Both the position numbers and the translations under genes were made by a program. Shown here piece after piece: positions 51,612 through 64,000 of a DNA stretch of 64,000 bases. The first letter of the stretch is position 1, and each line of letters begins with the position of its first letter. Below the pieces are notes generated by a model. That model worked only from the letters and a program-made list of their open reading frames with translations, was not told where the DNA came from and did no database searches. Source of the stretch: Antedon mediterranea (lineage: Eukaryota; Animalia; Echinodermata); NCBI RefSeq assembly GCF_964355755.1, contig NC_092678.1, forward strand, positions 4,542,422 to 4,606,421, read 5' to 3'.

Positions 51612-52480
51612 GAATGGGGTATTGCTAAACACCGCAAACCCCCGCAAACCTCCAAAAAAACATAGCAAACCCCATCGAACCAACATGAAAGTGATTGAAT
51701 CATGTAGTGTACAACCCACTGGGTATATCCATGTAAAAAAAAAATTAAATTTCTACTGTTAACAATTTATTTTTGGGGTAAAACATCATTTTTTGGTCAA
51801 AAATGATTGTTTAGCAATACCCCATTCGGGTATTGCTAAACACCGCAAACCCCCGCAAACCTCCAAAAAAACATAGCAAACCCCACCGAACCAACATAAA
51901 AGTGATTGAATCATGTAGTGTACAACCCACTGCTGGGTATATCAATGTAAAAAAAAAATTAAATTTCTACTGTTAACTTATTTTTGGGGTAAAACATCAT
52001 TTTTTGGTCAAAAATGATTGTTAAACCCCGCAAACCTCCAAAAAACCATAGCAAACCCCACCGAACCAACATTAAAGTGATTGAATAATGTAGTGTACGA
52101 CCCACTCGGTATATAAATATTAAATTTCTACTGTTAACTACTTTTTTGCGGATAAAACATAATTTTTTGGTTAAAAATTAGCAATCATTTTTGACCAAAA
52201 AATGATGTTTTACCCCAAAAATAAATAGTTAACAGTAGAAATTTAATATTTTTTTTACATGGATATACCCAGTGGGTTGTACACTACATGATTCAATCAC
52301 TTTTATGTTGGTTCGGTGGGGTTTGCTATATTTTTTTGGAGGTTTGCGGGGTTTAGCAATCATTTTTGACCAAAAAATGATGTTTTACCCCAAAAATAAA
52401 TTGTTAACAGTAGAAATTTAATTTTTTTTTTACATGGATATACCCAGTGGGTTGTACACTACATGATTCAATCACTTTCA
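51612..52480. repeat. MITE-derived array: one complete 216-bp TIR element, two direct partial copies and two inverted partial copies
   Basis: GAATGGGGTATTGCTAAACA...TGTTTAGCAATACCCCATTC at 51612-51827; the body repeats to about 52178, then inverts. Confidence 0.85.
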
Positions 52481-53529
52481 TTGGGTATATCAATATCAGA
52501 GAATGCACAGTTTTGTCATACTTTCTTATTTAAATATTTTGTGATGGATGACTATATCTTAGGCCAAATGTCCAAGATTATTGTTGACCATGTAGAAGAT
52601 TACCTGTTAGCATTACATAACCACACAAATCCTGTCAAAACCTCACTTATAAATCATCTTATACACTTTTATGACGTCAATATAGTCTCTCATTCCCATT
52701 TAAAACTAATATTATTTCCAATTACAACCAATACAGTTTAGTATAGTAAATCTCAAGGTGACTATCGTTACTAATAGATGATAAACTTTTATTTCATGTA
52801 GTGTATTATGCCAAGTTGCTTTTTTGTCAAATCATCCTATAGGCCGAGTTTGAACTGTTTGCTATATTAATTAATTTCGGCCTATTCTTCATAAAAAATG
52901 TCCAAACATTCAGTATTTTTTTATGTGAAGCAGAATATCTTTCTGACATGACAGTCAGGCGCTCATGTGAATGTCGTGTTGTTGATTTGGTCATAATTAT
53001 TGTGTTTTTCCTACAGTAGGGTTTCCGTAATTTTAGGCTAAATCATAGTTTTGCGCAGTTTGAATATATTTCCGTAGTATTATCTCAGATTTTCATAAAT
53101 TCATTGGGCATCATCAGTGGCTATTGCGGACGCTCCGTACTACTTGACCCTGCCATATTACATCGTATGTTTACTACGCCCACTTTAACCAGTGTACTCA
53201 ATTTTGCAATATTAAACCTGGTAGATTATCTGTCTCTGGTTGTCATTAATTTTGCTCATTCTCGTGGAAACATTTGATTCAATTAAATTATCCAAGAACA
53301 AGCTTTCACTGTTGCTGCTCTGTCAATGTCATTATGGACATATCATGATATTCAATTAAAGCTCATTGTGTTTTTGAAGAGAAAAATATCTTGTGGCAGT
53401 AATGACTAGGTATTACAGTATTATAAGATACTAACTAACAGTATCTACTACAGTACCTTTGTAGATGTAGAGTTGGCTACTGTTAGTATTTTGTTGGTTT
53501 ATCATGCTTCTATTCCCATTACAGTATAA

Positions 53530-53714
53530 AGGGCCTTTCACACCTGTTCCGGCACGGTTCCGGTCCGGCGAATCGAACGCCAATGTTTCGTTTTAACGAC
53601 GCTCCACGCGGCCAAGCACCAATCGATATGCGCGTAGCCGCGTAAAAACGAAACATTGACGTTCGATTGGATTCGCCGGACCGGAACCGTGCCGGAGCAG
53701 GTGTGAAAGGCCCT
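53530..53714. mobile_element. PIF/Harbinger (Tourist-like) hairpin MITE
   Basis: TAA|AGGGCCTTTCACACCTG...CAGGTGTGAAAGGCCCT|TAA; nearly fully palindromic. Confidence 0.85.
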
Positions 53715-54149
53715 TAAAAAGGACAAATCTATACTATTAGTACACAATTTCTATTGAAGACAAATTATAATAATTTATATTGTAAAAAGAACAATCTTTT
53801 GAAATTGTTGGCTGCTACTGTACAATAGTGTAAAATACAATAATATTGCGAATAATAAATTATCATTACCGGTCTATTTTTGAAGAAGGTACACTTTTAT
53901 CTCAATTATGAAAGATCAGACAAATTGTAATTGCTCATTTATATTGTAAGAAGAATAATCTTTTGAAATGTACAATACAATTGACTAATATTTAAGAAAT
54001 TATCATTATTGTACCTGTACTATTTTTAAATTTTTTTATCTCAATTATGAAAGATCAAATAATATTTACCAAACTATTTTGGCATTACAATTACAGAGTG
54101 CATTATCCGGCAAATTCGGGCAATATGAGATGTTTGACAGTGGAACCGT

Positions 54150-54435
54150 AATCACGTAGCCATAACATCGGCAGGGGTTCGAGGCTCACTCACTCCATGG
54201 TTCTGGTGGTAGAACGAGTCTTCTCGGATAAGGACTATAAACCGTAGGTCCAGTGTACACAACTTGCTCGTGTGCACTTTAAAGAACCTAGTACATCTTT
54301 CGAGACGAGTAGGGGGTTACCCCGGTGTATTAGTACATCACAGCCACTGATCACCAACTGGGCCCTCTGGGAGATCAGGCTTTGATTGAAGAGGCCACCC
54401 AGTATAAAGATAAAAAAAAAACAAACAAACAAACA
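54150..54435 (+). mobile_element. tRNA-derived SINE with Deu/Nin-like core
   Basis: B-box GGTTCGA; core GGATAAGGACTATAAACCGTAGGTCC...TAAAGAACC...GAGTAGGGG; tail A-run plus (AAAC)n. Confidence 0.7.
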
Positions 54436-54820
54436 TAAACACCATTAGCTTAAAAACATTCTCTAGACAAAGAGCTTTGATAAGATGAAACTACTATAAA
54501 TTTAAAATCATTGAGTATTTGTACGTCAATTGATTTATAAATGAAAAGAAAATAAGTCAAGAATTGAAAGACTCGCAACCATAAACAAACTTCAACTTTA
54601 ATAGAAAGTTCACTGCTACTATTAATAACAATAAGATTTATTTCTATTGTTCTGTTTTTATGTGATTACGGAAATGGCACATTGTTTCAGTGTTAAGACT
54701 GCAGGTGGGTACGCGTGCTTAGACAAAACCAGCTGAAACTATCAAATTAATCTACAGAGTTAAACTGCGTGCCATACAAGCGACATGTAGCGATTGGTAC
54801 AAGCCTTTTTTAAAGGCAGA

Positions 54821-54952
54821 ATGAAGACTTTGGATTTTGATACGTTTGATTTTCCCGATTTGACTCGTAAACATGGATTACGTAGACACGTTAGTTTTTC
54901 GGAAGTTGAACAGCGGTGTATAAATACGTACTTAAATCAAGTCGCTTTCGAG
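54821..54952 (+). CDS. Candidate upstream coding exon of the FRMD4-like gene
   Basis: ATG at 54821, 44 codons, GAG|GTATGT donor in phase 0, compatible with the next exon. Confidence 0.5.
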
Positions 54953-55220
54953 GTATGTTTTCTGTCGGTTCAATAGGTACTGATCTAGCCAGTGAAGGAA
55001 TGGTTTTACTTACTGTACATAATGTGCTGCTGCTGTTTACTAAGTACATGCTGTACTACTACTATTAATTTATTCACAAACGTTTTCTAATCTATACACT
55101 ATATTTCATTTCTACGTTATGAATCAAAATGTATTGACTAACATCCAAATGTGAATATTACTGATAATATTTAAATTTGTTATTGATTGCTTCTCTTACT
55201 GTATTTCATTTTTAATTTAG

Positions 55221-55286
55221 ATGGCTGATGTTCGTCGGATTAAGGTCATCACCCTTGACGACCGTACGTTGGAATTTCAACTTCAG
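55221..55286 (+). CDS. FRMD4: FERM-domain protein 4 (FRMD4A/B-like), first FERM exon; the gene appears to continue beyond the window
   Basis: 66-nt exon MADVRRIKVITLDDRTLEFQLQ with TTTAG and GTTAG boundaries; resembles FRMD4A MTEGRRCQVHLLDDRKLELLVQ in length and motif. Confidence 0.7.
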
Positions 55287-55441
55287 GTTAGCTTAATCAT
55301 ACTTATTACTAGATTTTGTTTGTTATGTACACACTATGATTTGATTATTTTTTAATTTATCAAATTTACTTTCAAATATTTTTATGTTTAGTTTCCAGTA
55401 TAGTGCATGAGCCATCAGTAAACTTTTTAAGTATATGAATA

Positions 55442-55949
55442 CAGTAGAACCTCCATTTTACGTACGGTACGAGACCGAAAGGCGTACGTAAAACACAGGA
55501 TTTGTAAAATCAAGGTTGACCCTAAATATGTAGAGATCATAGCTACTGTATAAAGGCTACCGACCGTGTTTGCCTACTTTACTGTACTACAGCATGCAGG
55601 TGGTCACTAGCTACTGTATAGGCCTGGCCAGGCTAGCAGGCCTAGTAAGATGTGAGGTCTAACTAAAAAAGTACAGTATATAAAGGCTGTGCGATGTTTA
55701 AATAAAGTGTAAATTAAAATATCAATGTTCTTGTATTTTCTATCAATAAAAACAGTCGCTGCTGTAGGGGAATGCACGTGTGTAGCTTGTCTCACACAGC
55801 AGAATTCCTCACACAGCCTTTTTTATTATGCTTTGTTGTTGTTAAATTGCGCCCTCAATGTAAGAAAATGATGACGTCATCGGTTATTTTAAGCGTACGT
55901 AAAATCCAGGGAACGTAAAATCAAGGTACGTAAAACACAGGTTCTACAG
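55442..55949. mobile_element. Tc1/pogo-type MITE
   Basis: TA|CAGTAGAACCT...AGGTTCTACAG|TA; internal repeated CGTAAAA subterminal motifs. Confidence 0.75.
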
Positions 55950-56250
55950 TAATGTACTGTATTTGTTATATAAACCAGTTTCGCGTCAACATCATATTGC
56001 TCCTACTCTCTGTGGTCTAATTTATTGATAATTATCATGCATTTGTTAAGCCAATAATCCTATAATCCCATTTTGTGTTAATCCCATAAAAGGCCCATGC
56101 TATGCTATTTCAAACATCTCCCTATTAATGATGACCTATGCTTATCTAACATCTGCCTATCTAAATCGCTTTTTGTTCTGCGATATTTAATTTTTTACAG
56201 TTCACTATTTTGATATCAAGACACGACAAACTGTAGGAGCAAGGACTTAA

Positions 56251-56361
56251 GCACTGTCTACACTAGTTTGAAGTGTGATGTGCCCAAATATGACATCATC
56301 ATGTCGATATATGGGCATATAACATTTTTTGTCACATCAAGTTTGATAGTGTAGATAGAGC
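56251..56361. mobile_element. Short hairpin MITE
   Basis: TTAA|GCACTGTCTACACTA...TAGTGTAGATAGAGC|TTAA. Confidence 0.7.
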
Positions 56362-57995
56362 TTAAGTCAGGAAATTAGTATTTTTTTTCAACATTTTAGT
56401 TATAAAATGCTATTTTTAAATAAAATTTAAAGGAAATTGAGGTTTAAATTTAAAAAAACCATGAATAAAATTGGATTACTAACGTTAGTTCCTGTAGGTT
56501 CTAAATATTTTCTTGTAAAAACGATGGAAATAAGTAGCGCATTGCGTACACAACTCTATGAAGTAATGTTATTATCAATTCAACGTTTCTGTATGTAATG
56601 ATATGATTATGAATATTGTGAGTGAAATATGTTAAGTTTCATGAAATATTAAACAAAGAAATAGAACATAAAACTGTAAACACAGAATTTAAATTGGTCA
56701 TGATAATATACATCTGCACTGTACTGTTCAACATCATTGACAAAAGAATACTATAAATAGGTCATCATTCAAAGAATAGAAAAAATACAAAAGCAATCAA
56801 CTAGATGGCAAACAGAACACCGTATAATGAGAGCAAATCTAGTTATTCTCCTTGGCTCGTAATGAATGCACAAAGAGGATTGTAGCTGTGAATTTTATTA
56901 AATTGTATGCCAAACAATTACCACCAGTATTCTTTATAAAATAATTCTCTCCTTGATTTGAGAAGAGCCTTGATTTGTGTAGTGCTGAGTTGTGCCAAGG
57001 ATTTTTTAGTTAAAATGTTTACCAATAATTAAAGTATGTTGTTTGTCTTTAGGCTGAATTCAGTACTAATACAGTTAGCACCAGTCAGTAGTAGTGGACC
57101 ACAGTATAATCCAGATCAGGGGCTGACTGTTTAGATCGACATATTTAATACATTAGTAAGGTTTTAATATGGTTTTAATGCCTGTCACCTTGCCTAGGTT
57201 GTGGTTATATTACATGCTTTTGTTTCACAATGGAAAAAATGTTTATTTATTGTACATTGTACAATGTCTTCAGATCTTGAACTTAAGTATTAGCTTGATT
57301 AAAACAATGAAATTAGTGTTAAAAAGTAGAATAAGCATTTGCTATTTTAATCTATAAAATTGCTTGCTTAGTTCACTGTACATTGCTTTCCAATGATGTA
57401 ATTCATTGATCTCTTCAAACGAAATATATTCAACCGTGTTCGTTAATCATAGAAAAACTTATGTGTACACAGTAATGTGTCAGAATTGGACAGCAAGTGG
57501 GTTGCGTTAATGGGTTCAATCAAGGTTGTTGACCTGATAGTAGTGTTTATTCAGGTGATTCAAATCAATATATTTTAACAATTATAATCTTTAATTTATG
57601 TTTAATTTATGTTTTAAAATTTTTGTAGATTTAATTTTTTTCATTTATATTTAAAGAAGGTGCATGTCAATTGGTATCACAAAATTTTTTGGCTGAATAG
57701 CATTTTGTTTCCTTTTCCTTTACAGTTACAGTAAAGGAAAAATGACAAAGTCAGCACTGTGGTCATGTTACTGTACAAGTGTTGTCAAAACAATATACCT
57801 GTAGATTATCTGATAAAAATTCTAGAAAGTAGGAAACCTTTTGCCATTTTTCTCCTGTTTAGATACAGTTAGTAAATTTGTCTATTCACTGTGAATAGAG
57901 CTTATGAAATTATACAAAAAATCCCTTGTAATGTATGTAGAAGTTTCTATTAAAAAGTCAGTATTTAACAAATAACTAATGTTTGAGTACAGTTA

Positions 57996-58830
57996 GGGCC
58001 TGTTTCTATAGAGCAGAGAATACGGTTTTGAATACCGTTCTTTTCAAGAACCGTTTTTTCTTGCCAGCAGAAATGGGTCCCCACAAAAAACCACAAAAAA
58101 GAACCGATCTTAAAAACGGTTTCAAAAACCCCAATTGATTGCGGTCTCGATCGCAAAGAACCGTTCTGAAACCGGTTTCCGCGGAGCAATTTTTAGCTGC
58201 AACACAATCGCGGTCTCAATTTGACCCCAAAAACTGAACTCTGCAGTCTGCTGCACTGGGATGATTGCGGTCATCTCGCAGTCAAACTCGCGCGATAGGA
58301 CCTAGGCCTAAGTCATTTTTATTTCTCTAGATAGTGAGTATTTTATTTAACTAAAAAATGTTGACCGATGCCATTACGAGGTTCGTAAAAAATATGTGAA
58401 GGAAAGAAGATGAGGGGACTTGTCGGGAGTCGGAAGAAAGACTCACGTATAGGCCTACATGTTTTTAAGAATATTGTAAAGCGTGTGAAAACTTGTCAAT
58501 ATCAGAGGGTGCGACGTACCTATACTTTAACCAAGGACCACAATAACGTTTCATGTAATAATTCCCCCTTCTATGATGAAATGGATGCTATTTCTTGGGG
58601 ATCGCGCTATGCGAAAAAAAGTAAACATGACCTCGATCAAATCGCGCTTCCGCCTAACGAACTGCATTGTGGCGTATATATAATGACGTCATTCATAACG
58701 AACGCACATGGACGGAACCGGTTTTATTGGAGTAAAAATTGAGCTGCAACGCGATCTTTATTTATAAACAACAGCCGAAACCGGTTTCCAAAAAACCGTT
58801 CTTTTTTTATTTTTCAATAGAAACAGGCCC
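57996..58830 (+). mobile_element. Non-autonomous PIF/Harbinger element with a Myb/SANT-like relic
   Basis: TTA|GGGCCTGTTTCTAT...ATAGAAACAGGCCC|TTA; internal peptide RRTYTLTKDHNNVS..PFYDEMDAI. Confidence 0.85.
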
Positions 58831-60702
58831 TTAGTAATACAGTAAGAGTAATAAATTCTGAAATGCCAGTTGTAAGAAACCATACCTATGAATGAAATGA
58901 CAAACTACCAATGTTTAATAAGTAAATAAAAGATAATTCGTTATGTAAAGTCTGGTAAAAACTTCAAAGGTTAATATCCTATAAAATATGTATTGTTTAC
59001 TCTATCTTCTCTAATAATTATCAGGTGATTTATTGATCACAAATACTATACATGATAATATGATTTTGGTTTAACACAATGAGTTTACCGGTTACTCTGA
59101 AGATATTAGTACTTCCTGTTTGCATGCTGTCAACAAAGGGTTTAGTATATTACATCCGGTAGCACTGCATATCATCAAAACCTGTTAAAGGAATACACCC
59201 CTATCCGTCAAAAATCGTCAGGTCCAAACCCAATCATAGGCAGAACCATAGGGCGGGCTTCCCCTTACTGTAAATTATGAAAATTGTTTAAAGAGTAGGT
59301 TATTGTTTTTTCTCATCCGGAAAAATATGTAATAATAATATGTCAAGATAAATCACAATGGTATTGGTATTTATAACTTATAAGCATTTGTATAGTGACT
59401 ACTGTGTATATAATGTTTCTATGCTAAAAGCAAGTAACATTTTTGTCGCATTTTGCTTATTGACCTTTGCGACCTCATCACTGTTGAACGTTTTATTGCT
59501 GCAGCATTTCAATTGAAATTGAGCTGAGTCAGCATTAAGCCCAATATTATCAGAATACAACGACGACGCAAGCTTGATGCATTGAAATGAGGAGTGTCTG
59601 TCTGATATAAACAATGTGATGTGAGAATATATTACACACTTGTTACTTAACGATCTTAAGTGTTCTTTCAACTCGTTATTTCAAACTTAGATTCCATTTG
59701 ATGCTCTAGCCATAAAGCACAAAACCATTTCCGCGGATAGGGCGGATTTATGAATGATACCGTTAATTGGCTAAAGTAGTTATATGGTTTTATGGTATAC
59801 AGTACATTATTGGAGAAATACAGTGACTAATCATGCTTTCATATTCTAACAAAGAAAGAGAATAACTATATTATACTATTACTAATCAATTTTTTAAACA
59901 GTTGTAAAAAATACTCTTTCAAAGAAAAATAAGAATTGCATTCCCCATTTAGTAAATTCTATTTCAGTTTCTGTAATGTTGAGGAATACAGTAATTTAAA
60001 ATGAGAAAAACAAACCAGATTTTCCCTGTTAATAGTGTATATTTCAGTTGTAATACCCATAAAGATAAATTATATCAGTTGTACAGTAACACTAGTAGTA
60101 GGCTGTCTGTTTTCTTAATTAAAGTTTAAACTGTTGGTTTATTGATTTTGAAAAGCTGTATAGAATCCAATGAAATCATAATGTTTGTAATATTTTCACA
60201 TTTCTATTTATAATATTAATACTGGTTCTTTTATAGCAATTTAAAAAAAGAATTTCCTAAAAAAAATGTTTTTTTGTTTATTTTCGGTACCTCCTTCCAT
60301 AATATTTAATTTCATTCTATTTTGTCTTGCTGTCTGAAAACAGTTGAACTCCTTTTATCAAGGATTTCTTTTCTGTGAGCTCTTATCAAGGATTGAAGTA
60401 ACACTCACCTTTTATCAGTATTCTGTGTTTTTTTAGCCATTACCTTTTGTTTGAGTTGTGGTCCACCCCAGGGTCATGCAGGGTACACTTCTTATACAAT
60501 CCTTGTGTAAATTAAACATAGTTGGCCTTTGTGTAAATATTTTGTTGATATTTTTAACCACCAACTAAATTCTCAAATTCCATTCAAAATATTTGACACT
60601 TTGTTTTGTCTGTAGCAAACATGTTTTACAATTTTGTTTTCGACTTCAGACAAATATAGCAAGTTACTCTGCAATTATTATCAATATTTTTCATGTTATT
60701 TA

Positions 60703-61428
60703 GGGCCTGTTTCTGCTGCAACTGCTCAAAATACGGTATAAAAATACGGTATAAAATACGGTATTTTTTATACCGTATTTTTTAGTACCCCGTTTCTGCT
60801 AACAATACTTCTTGGGTGGTCGTGTTAAATTTCATCTTTTTTACCCAAATTGCCATTCATTTATTTGATCGGTAATTAAAAGTTGCAATAAAGGAGTTAT
60901 TGTATTTTGCAATGTTGTACTGCTTTCGCAGGCTCTTCAGCTTTCAGTTTACTTGCTTTGGAGACAAGTCTATTCCATACTCCTGCTTTATTTTTTTAGA
61001 ATTGTCTTTATAAATGTGGTTGTCCCTTTTATTACCTTTTAGTTGGCCAGACATTTTAGCTTCCCCACACACGTTTATTTAGTAAAACTGAGACGTCTTC
61101 GCTCCACATTTTTGCCGAATATATCTATACACGTGTGTAAAGCAGCTGACAGCGACAGAAAATAAAAACACGAATGTTGACCTTTTGTCATGTAAAAAAA
61201 AAATACGGTATTTTTTATTGGCAGCAGAAACGGGTACATAAAATACGGTATAAATTTGTAAATACCGTATTTTATCCACAAATTTTGTGGGGAAAATATG
61301 GTATACAAAATACGGTATATTTTTTATGAGCGCAGTTTCTGCTGCCAAAAATATACCGTATATATACGGTATTCAAAAAATACCGTATAATATACGGTAT
61401 TTTAATAGTTGGCAGCAGAAACAGGGCC
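60703..61428 (-). mobile_element. Non-autonomous PIF/Harbinger element with a Myb/SANT-like relic
   Basis: TTA|GGGCCTGTTTCTGCTGC...GCAGCAGAAACAGGGCC|TTA; many ATACGGTAT/ATACCGTAT motifs; minus-strand relic GNKRDNHIYK..Q..*KLKSLRKQY. Confidence 0.85.
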
Positions 61429-61636
61429 TTAGAAATCTACAGTAAAAACATTAATTGAGTTTTAAATTTTGATCAAATCTGGGTTTACAGTCAGTTGAAA
61501 TTTCATTTAGTATATTTTTTGTTTATTCTTTTTCATTCATTTTCTTTTAAATTTTGGATAGTACATCCATATAAACATACAAAAAAAGAGAACAAATTTC
61601 ACCAGGAAATTAACAATAGTGCCATCTTCCACTTAA

Positions 61637-61975
61637 AGATGTACTGTATTGTCCCCCTGAAAAAATAATTCTTAAATATGTTTTTTTGTTGAATATGCCA
61701 TTTTAATGTAACATAATAGTTATCCACTTTGACAAAAAATTGGTTCGAAAAAAAATGTATTTACCTGAAAAAATGTAATTTAAAGCAAAAAATGGTCAAA
61801 TTGGCTGCCAGCCAATGGATTTTTGGTTGAATTTTACCATTTATTTTGTCATTTTATAAGTGAAAACGTGATTTTTTTCAATTTTTTTTCTATTGAAGTG
61901 ATTAACTAGATTAAAACTACAATAGTCTGATTTAATTAACCTTTATTTTTCATGTTTTTGGGGGACAATACATCT
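61637..61975. mobile_element. TTAA-targeting MITE (Kolobok-like)
   Basis: TTAA|AGATGTA(CTGTA)TTGTCCCCC...GGGGGACAATACATCT|TTAA; an internal fragment also occurs at about 17990-18075. Confidence 0.75.
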
Positions 61976-64000
61976 TTAAACAACCTAAAACATCCTAAAA
62001 TATCAATTTGCACCAACGCTGTTTGTATTAAGATCAAACTACACGTCATTCTTAACATGAATGATGTAAGTACTATATGTTGTTATTTCACATCCCATGT
62101 ATAAACACATCATGTTGTTATTAGGTAAAATGATATTGAATAATTGAGAACTTGTCATCAAAGAAATATTTAATGAAAGTGCTTTAACATCTGTAACAAC
62201 TTACAATGTTTTGTATGTTTACCATTGGTATATCATCACCATTTAATATCTATCACTAACACAGCACAGGGGTGCAAACTCTGTCAAAGACAAATTCCTC
62301 AAGATTTTATTATGAGGGCCAAGTCTAATTCTTTGGCTTAGCACTAACTAGTGTACTGTACTGTACCACACCGCTTCGCAACCTATGAATTCCCAAATAT
62401 GGTTAAAAAGGTTGCGGAACGCTGCTCTACCGTACCCTTAGAGTAGGACAACATTGTAATTACTGTTGGAAACATAGTTTTTCAATAGACAGTACGGTTT
62501 TGTAATGATTTATGTTCAAGTTGTAAGGTTTACTAACTGTACATAGCAACTTTGATTTAAGATGTATATTTACCATACATCAGATCATTACGTGTGTTAA
62601 GAAAATGCTCTTTTTACACATCTCTATGTAATGGCCCATCTGCCACTGAAATTCTTCAATTAATTTCTACTTCGTGATTGCCAATTTGTCACCAACCTTG
62701 TATTATCTTATAATTGCCTTTAGGTTTGTGATTTTATGATTAATTTATTCCTGCGACTTCGAGGTCAACCTTTTTGATATGATAAATAATGATATTGTTA
62801 AATAAATTATAAAAATGTAATGTAAGCATCAATTATTTGATTTTTACAGATTTCTGTCTGGTTTTAGCAATAAATAGAACTGCCAGAAGAACTAATTAGT
62901 ACTGTAACTTTTGACAATTACTGTATGTTAATTGTCAGGTATTCATTGTAACTTTGTCAGATGTTGGGTGTTTGTATTGAGCAGACAGCCTGATGTGTCT
63001 CCTGCTATCGTTTACTATACTGACAATGGCAGGCTCTAGACACGTGTCTAACTGGAATTTTAATCTTTGTTAGTTCATGCGTTCAAATTAAGTTTTATCA
63101 TTCGGTTTGCTGTGTATATTATTAGTGGGTCATTAAACTTGGTGAAATGATGTTTTTCTTTGGTAGTCATTTTTCGTATCACAATGTATAGTAATGCAGA
63201 TGGTTCATTCCTTAAACTGAGCATACTTTTTTAAACTTTTTAAAGAGAGCTGTATTTACAGAAACTGCTCGACCATAATTCTTTTCTATAATAAGAAAGA
63301 AATCCAATATACTGTAGACTAACACCTATTATTATTTTTGGAATGAGAATGCATTACCCCAGTGTATTTAATTAGTATGCGGTGTGGTTAAAATAACCTA
63401 GTGAAAAAATAGAAACTACCTAGAATTTTAGTTATTGATCGTATGGAGTCAGGCATTTTCAAGAATATTGGTATAATATTTCATAATACAAATGTGAAAA
63501 ATGTATCAAAATATTAGATTATACAACTGTTGTATAGTGACATGCTGGGCTGAACTTTGAAGAGAAGGCCTGAAGATATAAATTCAATTTCAAGTTGTTT
63601 GTCTTCTTTACTATAGTATCATCAGATTATTATTAAATATAGTTACCATTAATCATCGCCTTCCAAAATTCTTGAATTTCTACTCCTTGTGGACAAAATA
63701 AACCTACTTTTAAAGTATTCCACCCAGCCTAAAGCTTATTTTAAGACCATCAACCCAACCTAATTTTTACACAGCAACAACCATCTCATAAACACGGGGT
63801 TTTTCACCCACCCTTAAAATGTTGACACTCTAGACATGAACTCTAGCCACATCTACATCTGTCCACTTGCATTAATAGACTGCTTTGATTGAGCTTTTAC
63901 AGTCTATTTCGTGCCTGCTTACCTGGATAAACCGACAATATAGCCTCTCTCTCCGAAGAGAGGATACAATTTACGAAAAAGAAAAATCCGTATATATAAC

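Noticed and set aside
55287-64000. Next FERM exon of the FRMD4-like gene
   Set aside because: No convincing continuation was found by eye; it is probably beyond the window or was missed.

Overview
AT-rich eukaryotic DNA with spliceosomal introns, most likely from a marine invertebrate (my guess is an echinoderm-like deuterostome; the sequence alone does not prove this). No prokaryotic operon or CRISPR content is present, and most ORF-track entries are spurious. Genes assembled by hand with phase-consistent GT-AG junctions: (1) VGLL4/Tgi on the minus strand, with two Tondu motifs and up to three alternative phase-1 first exons; (2) a two-exon TNIP2/ABIN-2-like gene on the plus strand, with kB-like sites nearby; (3) a minus-strand tandem array of secreted C-type-lectin + PAN/apple genes with variable, mosaic loops, one in-frame fusion exon and one decayed exon; (4) the 5' exons of an FRMD4-like gene. 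The rest is transposon-rich: an internally deleted Academ-like element with satellite-bearing TIRs, a 2.4-kb foldback element with a 10-bp TSD, Harbinger, Tc1, hAT and Kolobok-like MITEs, a Deu-type SINE, and an intronic tRNA-like gene with an ATC anticodon. The most striking unexplained signal is a window-wide excess of short TA-flanked motifs (TACAGTA/TACTGTA, TAGGCCTA). Paralog and TIR comparisons show these as discrete 5- or 6-bp indels at TA sites, including an in-frame one in a coding exon, which suggests transposon excision footprints acting as a pervasive mutational process.
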